Below, in pieces: positions 36,210 through 43,113 of a DNA stretch of 43,113 bases (positions are counted from its first letter, which is position 1; each line of letters opens with the position of its first letter). The notes under the pieces are model-generated. The model made no database searches and was not told where the DNA came from. It saw only the letters and a program-made list of their open reading frames with translations. The position numbers were made by a program, and so were the translations under genes. Source of the stretch: Sphaeroforma arctica JP610 (Eukaryota); contig NW_014040480.1 in NCBI RefSeq assembly GCF_001186125.1, forward strand, positions 32,721-75,833, given 5' to 3'.

Positions 36210-38396
36210 CTTGTCCAAGCTAGTAGTCATAAGTTAAGATTAGAACCAAGAAAGACAATACTCCTAAGAAGCGTAGAGCTGAAAAGAAGAAGATAAAGAG
36301 AGAAGCCGCTAGCGCTGCCGCAGAAGCAACCGCCGCCGCTGCCGATGCGTTTATAATAGTCAACAGAACAATGCTTCAGATAAGGATGTAGCCACTCCGA
36401 TTAAGTAGACTACTCCCACTGACAGAGCCCGAGGGCCAACTATTGCCTCAACTTAAAAGCTTGCATTTACGAAGCCAAGAAGTGGGACAAGGAACACGTC
36501 TCAAGATGCCCCAACCCATTCTTCTGACGAAACTCAGAAAGAAAAGTTCCCAATTATAAGGCAGTCCCCAATTATAGGGGACAAGGACAAATCTCAGAAG
36601 AGACCTATAACGGAACCAGAAGAGAAGGCAAGCACGCATAAATGAGTTAAATACTGAAAACACTGATCTTAAGAATCAGTTAGCCATCCGTATCAAAGAC
36701 TTGACTGTTGAAAATGTAGATCGAATGTATAGATCAGGAAAACATACACAGCACTTACGCGAGCATGTTTCTCCGGGCATTACTGAAGCCCTACAGAAGT
36801 GAACAGAACGTCGACAGGCAATTACGCCCGAAGAGCGTAAAGACTCGAGCGCTACACCTGTGGCATATGAGCCAGATGTGCTCAGCGTATCTATACCTTA
36901 CGAGGTACTACCGCCAGAACTTCAGGCTAATTACTCGCCTGTTCTGACACCCGGCCGTGAGTCACCCGACCTTGAGGGTATTATAGACCCAGAGGCAGGT
37001 AAAAATACTCCGCCACCTTTACCCAATTGGGATGACAATCGTCGGAAACCAGTTAAGACTGGGTATGCTATCCAGACGCATGAATCACCCAAGATTATAA
37101 TACCAACCACTATCCGAGGGACAGAGCACCGAAAGGCCTCGATCATGGATTTTACAAGGGGTCATAAACACACCCGTGAACGTGTTAACGAAGTCGAATT
37201 TAATCGCTTCGATCGCACAGCATTGCACCAGCCCGCAGAGGATTTCCACTTTGACGAGGTGACCGAACTTAACAAATCGGTCGACGATTACACCATTAAA
37301 ATGGAAATCACCCACGATGCACATCATGCTGATGATATCTCATACTTTGCTAATATGATTGCGATTATTCAAAAGCGCATCGATCAGCTACTTCAGACCC
37401 AACGTGGACAAGACCATAGGGATAATTAGAAGTACAAGGGACAGATCAGTCGACTTAAGTCAAACTGGGATGCCAACAGCAAGCAGGTCGAGTTTATAAA
37501 CAACCATGACCTCGACACGCTAACCCGTACGCTTAATGCGTTAACGGTCAAGCTGGAGACAAATGATATCGCTCCCCAGCAATGGATCTTCGCTTTAATG
37601 CCGACGTTTGACCCTACAGGTGCAAGTTACTTGATCTTGCAGCGACACCAGCATGAGCTAGACACTTGTCGTGACTGGTCAGCTGTGTGTTGGTTGGTTA
37701 CGTCCTTATTGCGTATAGGACATGCGTAGCCCAGGACTGAGTTCAATTTTAACTGAACCAGTTGAGAACACACCCATTCAGAGTTATATTCTGAAGTTAC
37801 ATGCTGACCTGTAACGTCCAGATATAACATAGGACAAGGCATAGCGATGGTACGAGTTCCTGGTTATGCCCGTGTTCTGTAAGAACATAGGGAATATCGA
37901 CCGTGAGAGCCTGTACACCGAGTTGCGACGTAAACACGCTACTGAGGCTCGAGACAAGGGACATGAAACAAAGTTTTATCTATTCCGACTTACGTGGGAA
38001 CAGTTTTATCCACCTTTTTTCCCCACACCGAGTAACATCGAAGGGAAAAGCGACTGTTAAGAAGCCGCGGGAGCACACCAATCACGGGTACGTATCCAGG
38101 TAGACCTCAAACAAGAGACCCCAACATACACGTGCTCGTGACTCCACTCTATCCACGCGATCCACTAAACGGGCACCGCGGAGGCGAAGGACAAGGAACC
38201 TCCATTTAAAGAGATTAAGAAATGTGCCCACGCACATTGTGAGTATGACATGTACCAATTGACCCCTAACGGTTATTGGAATGGCAGGCATGCATCCACC
38301 TGTACACACTTTCTTATTAAGTGCGACAAGTGTGAGAAGACCAATAGCTATCACACTAAGTCTTGTGACAAAAAGCCCGACATTAACTTGGAGTGA
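36210..38396 (+). pseudogene. gag: Disrupted gag region
   Basis: Broken reading frames between the 5' LTR and protease: a basic/Ala-rich segment (TPKKRRAEKKKIKREAASAAAEA), ORF 36860-37429, and a Cys/His knuckle-like end (CAHAHC..HASTC, CDKCEKTNSYHTKSC). The last segment is in frame with protease up to TGA 38394-38396. The start position is approximate. Confidence 0.6.
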
Positions 38397-41300
38397 AAGT
38401 TCTACCAGGTACAATCGTTACAAAAGAAATACAACGACTCTTTAGACGAGCGTGTAATAATCCCTGTATATTACAATGGAAATAAAATCCTTGCATTGAT
38501 TGATCCTGGTTCAGAAATTTCATGTATATCCGACCGCTTTGCATTAATGAAAGACTTTGAAAGGCGAACTCAAACTACTCACCTAATCGTAGCAGATGAC
38601 AAATCTTCTAAGTGTGATACCATGGCCACAGATGTTAAAATCTCCCTGGCGGATGATAGAAATATCACTACCCAAGCTATGATAGTTAAGATGTCACAAG
38701 AGTACGACATTATAGTCGAAACAAGCGATTTACTCACTCTAGATATAACCGTAACTGGTCTACCAAATAACATAAATCCATTGAAGGATCAGTCAAACGA
38801 TAACTGTCTGAATCCATATAAGCCCCCGTCAGACGCAGTCAAGGTATTAATACCTGACTTTGCGAAAAAAAATCATAGATCTGATTATTGTTAATAAGAA
38901 GATAAAGATCACAGATTGGGCAAAATTCCGTTATAACGACGGGTATGTCAGCCTTGACTTAACCAAGGTGGACTTTACACAGTTAAAGTGCCCCTCAAGG
39001 AACTATGTATCCTGGAGACACGAGGCTGTGGTAAAAGAACAAGTTGAGAAATGGCTAGCAGATGGAGTGATAGAAATTAACTATCAACAGACGCCAGTTA
39101 ACTTGGCACTGCTAGCCGTAGACCAACATAACTCTGACGGATCGTTTAAGAAAGTCAGAGTATGTTTAGATATGAGTTCGATAAATAAATTATTGCCGAC
39201 TCATAGCTTTCACTTACCTCGTTTTAACGAGCTACTGCAAAGGATGGAAGGTGCTACAGTATTTACAACTATAGACCTTACACAAGGATACCATCAAATG
39301 CAGGTATATGAACCACATCGTAAACACTTTAGTTTTACGTGGAAAGGGGTTTTTGCACCTTTCGGGTTACACTCTTTACCAGCATTCTTCCAACAATTAA
39401 TGGAGAAAATGTTTGCAGACATGCCTAACGTGCAAGTCTATATAGATGACATAGTCGTCTTTTCTAAGACTAAAAGCAAACATGCCGCATTAGTCAGACG
39501 AGTCCTTCAGAGACTCGATGAACAAAACTTCAAGATTAACGAGAAGAAATATCACTTCGACATGAGCGAAATACAGCTCTTTGGCTACCGCATATCTGGG
39601 GACGGTATTAAAATCGACCCTGGTAAGGTAGAACACCTGTTAGATTGGCAAACACCAACTACAGGAAGAGATCTTAACAGCATGTGTGGGGTTGTAAACT
39701 TCCTTTCAGATGGAGTACCACACTTAGCTAATTACCTTAAACCTTTTGAACACTTAAGATGTCATAAAGGGAAACTAGGAGACTTGTGGACTAAAGAGTG
39801 TGATAACGCATTTAAAGCGCTCAAACACGCAGTCCAGCAAGCCCCTGTTGTACAAGGACCAGTCGATGGCGTGTCGTTTGAAATAGCAACGGACGCCTCC
39901 GACTTAGCCCTAGGAGGAGTATTATATCAGGTTATAGATAACAAACCTAGAAATATACAATTCTTTAGTCGAGCAATGAATGCTTTACAGTTGAATTACC
40001 CAACCGTTAAACAAGAGCTATTAGCCATAGTGGCAGCTCTAACACACTTCCGCGATTACTTATACGGAACATCTTCTATGCTGATGTGTGATCAGAAGTC
40101 CCTTCAATATATGAAGGAAATGAAGCCAGACTCTCAATTACTGAGCCGATGGCGTGATACAATATCAAAGTTTCATTTTGATATCAAACATCTACCAGGG
40201 ACACATAACCATTTACCGGATATGTTATCACGCTTTGTACCGGACTTTAATAAATCCGTACGTGAGTTACTAGCCACTGATTGGAAATGTATCCCCGGGT
40301 GGTTTGAACTGACTCAAAAGATATTTGGGCCACATACAGTTGACATGTTTGCTACACATCATAATGCACAACTATCAAATTACAGGACTTTAAATCATCC
40401 TTTGGGAGACGCCTTACAAATAGACCTCTCCAAACATAATGCGTGGGCTAATCCACCATGGCAGTCAATTGCCCAGCTACTAAATTATGTTCATATACAT
40501 AAAACTACCATCACGTTGTGTTGCCCATTACGGAGTAAAGATCCATGGCTCAATAAATTAATAGGCATGATACAATGCAAGCTAATATATTTAGATAGGG
40601 AAGTAGATACTTTCCTATATCAGGGTACCCGAGCCGTCCAGAAGACGCCCTGGAGACATACTATAATATGTCGTATATGTCCCATTGGAACAACCAAATG
40701 GGCCCCTTCTGAGACCTTCCTTAACAAGGTCAAAGAATCAGAGATTCCACTCTCTACCCAATTGAACGTTAAGCAATTCAAAGGCAACACAACACTTGAG
40801 GTCTGTGCACAAGAAATACAATCTACTAATGACACTACAGTTAAGAAGCGTCAGTCTCTAGCTAGGGCAGATGATTGGCCGTACCATCTTAAGTGGGTAC
40901 AAACACAAATGAACGAGTGTGCTGATCCGGATACAGGAACTACACCCGCTCACTGTTTTCATGGCAGATATAGTGAGTTACAAATACCCTTTAACAAGGA
41001 CGAACCTGATCACCATGAGTTACCATGGTTAAAGAAGGTACAACGTATTTATAACGTTGTATATCCTTGCTTGCGAGAAATACGCAATATAGCCTTATTA
41101 AAAAGGCAAAAGCGTTGAAACACTACCAAGAAGATAGCAGAGTATCAGGTCGGTGACAGAGTTAATAACCGTCAACGTAATTCCGATGCTACTGTATTAA
41201 CATCTAATTGGATAGGTCCATATATAATCTCTGTAGCAGACACTAAAAGTGGAACATACGAGGTAAATAACCCCGATGGTTCTAGTGCGCTTAATATAGG

Positions 41301-41622
41301 CACAAGTCGTATTCCGACTACAGAGTTTATACTCGCAAGAAGACACGACTATAATGCCCCTTTTGATCGTTCTGAATTTAAAGACATTATATGGAGAACG
41401 GATAAGGGAGGCAATACATACTATCGTACACGCTTTATAGACGGTACAATCGCTGAGTTGACTTCAGATGCTTTCGATAATCAAGACTATTTAAAAGACT
41501 TTAATCGAAAATGGCGTAAACGCCTGCATAAGTCACAAGCTGAAAAAGATAGCATGTTTCCATTGTCTGAAGGTTTATCCCGAGCTTTAATGCTCACCCT
41601 TCATATGTGCTTAAGACACTGA
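38397..41622 (+). pseudogene. pol: pol: aspartic protease, reverse transcriptase, RNase H, Dam-like methyltransferase, truncated integrase with GPY/F and chromodomain-like tail
   Basis: PR: ILALIDPGSEISCIS (~38487-38531), then a frameshift near 38860. RT: KVRVCLDMSSIN, IDLTQGYHQ, APFGL, YIDD (39439-39450). RNase H: ATDASD, QELLAIV, CDQKSL, NHLPDMLSR. MTase spans 40276-40683. IN tail: DDWPYHL..TGTTP..HGR. An in-frame TGA lies at 41116-41118, and the frame continues YQVGDRV..WIGPY to a stop at 41622. Confidence 0.92.
40276..40683 (+). CDS. DNA N6-adenine (Dam-like/DIRS-type) methyltransferase domain within pol
   Basis: Sequence DWK..FGPHTVDMFATHHNAQL..DALQID..AWANPPW..LL..ITLCCP..PW. It shows a SAM-binding-type DxFA motif at 40342 and catalytic motif IV NPPW at 40450-40461. 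Confidence 0.85.
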
Positions 41623-41829
41623 AGCGTAAGAAACGTCCAGTCGACCACCACGGACCTACTGGACCTAAGCCCAAAACTCACAGGGTAACCGAGAACGCTT
41701 AACTCCACCGCCTGAGAAACATTAACTATATGTTATGCTACTTAATATTTTCGACCCGTTTTTCCATTCTCGCTTTTTGACCCATAATCAGCTTGAGTGA
41801 GCAACTTGCTTTTCCTGGGTCTCAAAGCT

Positions 41830-41838
41830 GAGTGGGGG
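41830..41838 (+). other. Polypurine tract (plus-strand primer)
   Basis: GAGTGGGGG lies three bases upstream of the 3' LTR start. Confidence 0.7.
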
Positions 41839-41841
41839 CTG

Positions 41842-42605
41842 TGTAATAGCCGGGCCTCCCCATTAGACTCTATGTTATAAACGTACTCTTAAGCAGTACG
41901 TATACTAAAACGTACTCTTAATAGTACAAGGAACTTAAGTTTTCTAAATGGTCTTTAATGGTTTTATTAATTAATACCTTTTCCATTTTACATATCAGAT
42001 ATTTGGACAAGGCCATTAAAAGGCCCCAGTAAAATACCAACATAAGAGTTGGTCTAGTTCTATTAATAGAACTATATTTACTTTCCAACTTTATGTATAT
42101 CTTAATACTTCGGTAGCGAGATGACTCAACCGAATATAAGTTTCTGGGGATTATTAACGTTACCTAGTTGATCCTCCGATCAACCAACCAGATGTGCCAG
42201 TCTGATGAAGGCTAAGTCAGTAATTCTTGACAAGTGGCAAGTTATTGGTTAAGACAATAACTAAGGACATCAAGAATAATTTTTATCTATTTATATTTTT
42301 TCTAATGATACGATTTTATGAGTCTCTCAGATTTGCCCCCACGAAACATACCATAGCTTCTAATAGAGCGACAATGAAACACTAAATAAAATCCCTTTGG
42401 CGGAAACAGTTCTCAGAGGATTATATATAGGCAATGTCTCAGCCTCACAATCGAACAGAGCAATGATGTTTTCACGAGGCATACCTACCTTTACTAAAAG
42501 TTTCATTTTGTTTATTTACTTTAAAGTTTTCACGATACTTAGAATTTAACTACGCGTTTATTTATTGTATGGGGTTATTATCGCCTTGATAGATCGAATC
42601 TTACA
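41842..42605 (+). repeat. 3' LTR (764 bp)
   Basis: Direct repeat of 35370-36133 with TGTAA...TTACA termini. Confidence 0.93.
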
Positions 42606-43113
42606 AATCTGTATGTGTATAATTACATATTGCCCTAGTATATATCTGACTCGTTTTTATCTTTTGTGTTCAATCTGTATGTGTGTCATTACATATTGGC
42701 CTAGTATATATCTGACTCGTTTTTATCCGTTGTGTTGAATCTGTATGTGTGTTATTGCATATTGGCCTAGTACATATCTGACTCGGTTTTATCCGTCGTG
42801 TTGAATCTGTATGTGTATTATTACATATTGGTCTAGTATATATCTGACTCATTTTTATCCGCTGTGTTGAATCTGTATGTGTGTCATTACATATTGGTCT
42901 AGTATATATCTGACTTGTTTTTATCCGTGGTGTTGAATCTGTATGTGTATTATTACATATTGGCCTAGTACATATCTGACTTGTTTTTATTCGTTGTGTT
43001 GAATCTGTATGTGTATTATTACATATTGGCCTAGTACATATCTGACTCGTTTCTATACGTTGTGTTGAATCTGTATGTGTGTCATCACATATTGGTCTAG
43101 TATATATCTGACT
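42606..43113. repeat. 66-bp tandem satellite, at least 7.5 copies, running off the window end
   Basis: Unit AATCTGTATGTGTATTATTACATATTGGCCTAGTATATATCTGACTCGTTTTTATCCGTTGTGTTG starts at 42606, 42672, 42738 and so on. Confidence 0.97.

Larger units (their letters stand above)
35370..42605 (+). mobile_element. Ty3/Gypsy LTR retrotransposon (7236 bp), decayed, carrying an amino-methyltransferase domain
   Basis: Two direct 764-bp LTRs with TGTAA...TTACA ends. Domain order is gag-PR-RT-RNaseH-(MTase)-IN remnant. A polypurine tract precedes the 3' LTR. Multiple stops and frameshifts are present. Confidence 0.95.

Noticed and set aside
38860..41118. DIRS-type retrotransposon, suggested by the RT-RH-MT order
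   Set aside because: No tyrosine recombinase, inverted terminal repeats or split direct repeats are seen. Direct TG..CA LTRs, a protease, a PPT and an integrase GPY/F tail indicate Ty3/Gypsy.

Overview
Eukaryotic genomic DNA with GT-AG introns full of (TA)n/(CA)n microsatellites and three N gaps. It resembles a unicellular holozoan such as an ichthyosporean, but the organism is only an inference. I reconstructed spliced models by hand for five genes. In order they are the 3' part of URB1/Npa1 (+), a three-exon LdhA-type D-lactate dehydrogenase fused to an N-terminal cyclic-nucleotide-binding-like domain (-), dUTPase (+), a SUR2-like sphingoid-base C4-hydroxylase (+) and an ELL-associated factor (+). 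An intronless, Cys-rich, probably secreted protein gene follows (-). The right end holds a decayed 7.2-kb Ty3/Gypsy LTR retrotransposon (35370-42605) with two 764-bp LTRs. Its pol carries, in frame after RNase H, a Dam-like amino-methyltransferase domain with an intact NPPW motif. After that come only the tail of the integrase core, a GPY/F module and a chromodomain-like module. The LTRs are packed with hairpins and no tRNA primer-binding site is visible. The two best candidates for undescribed biology are this methyltransferase-carrying Gypsy element and the CNB-LDH fusion. The window also has 20-bp and two unrelated 66-bp tandem arrays, short local duplications, interstitial T3-4AG3 telomere-like motifs and a possible solo LTR. 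No database searches were run, so all family calls rest on motif recognition.
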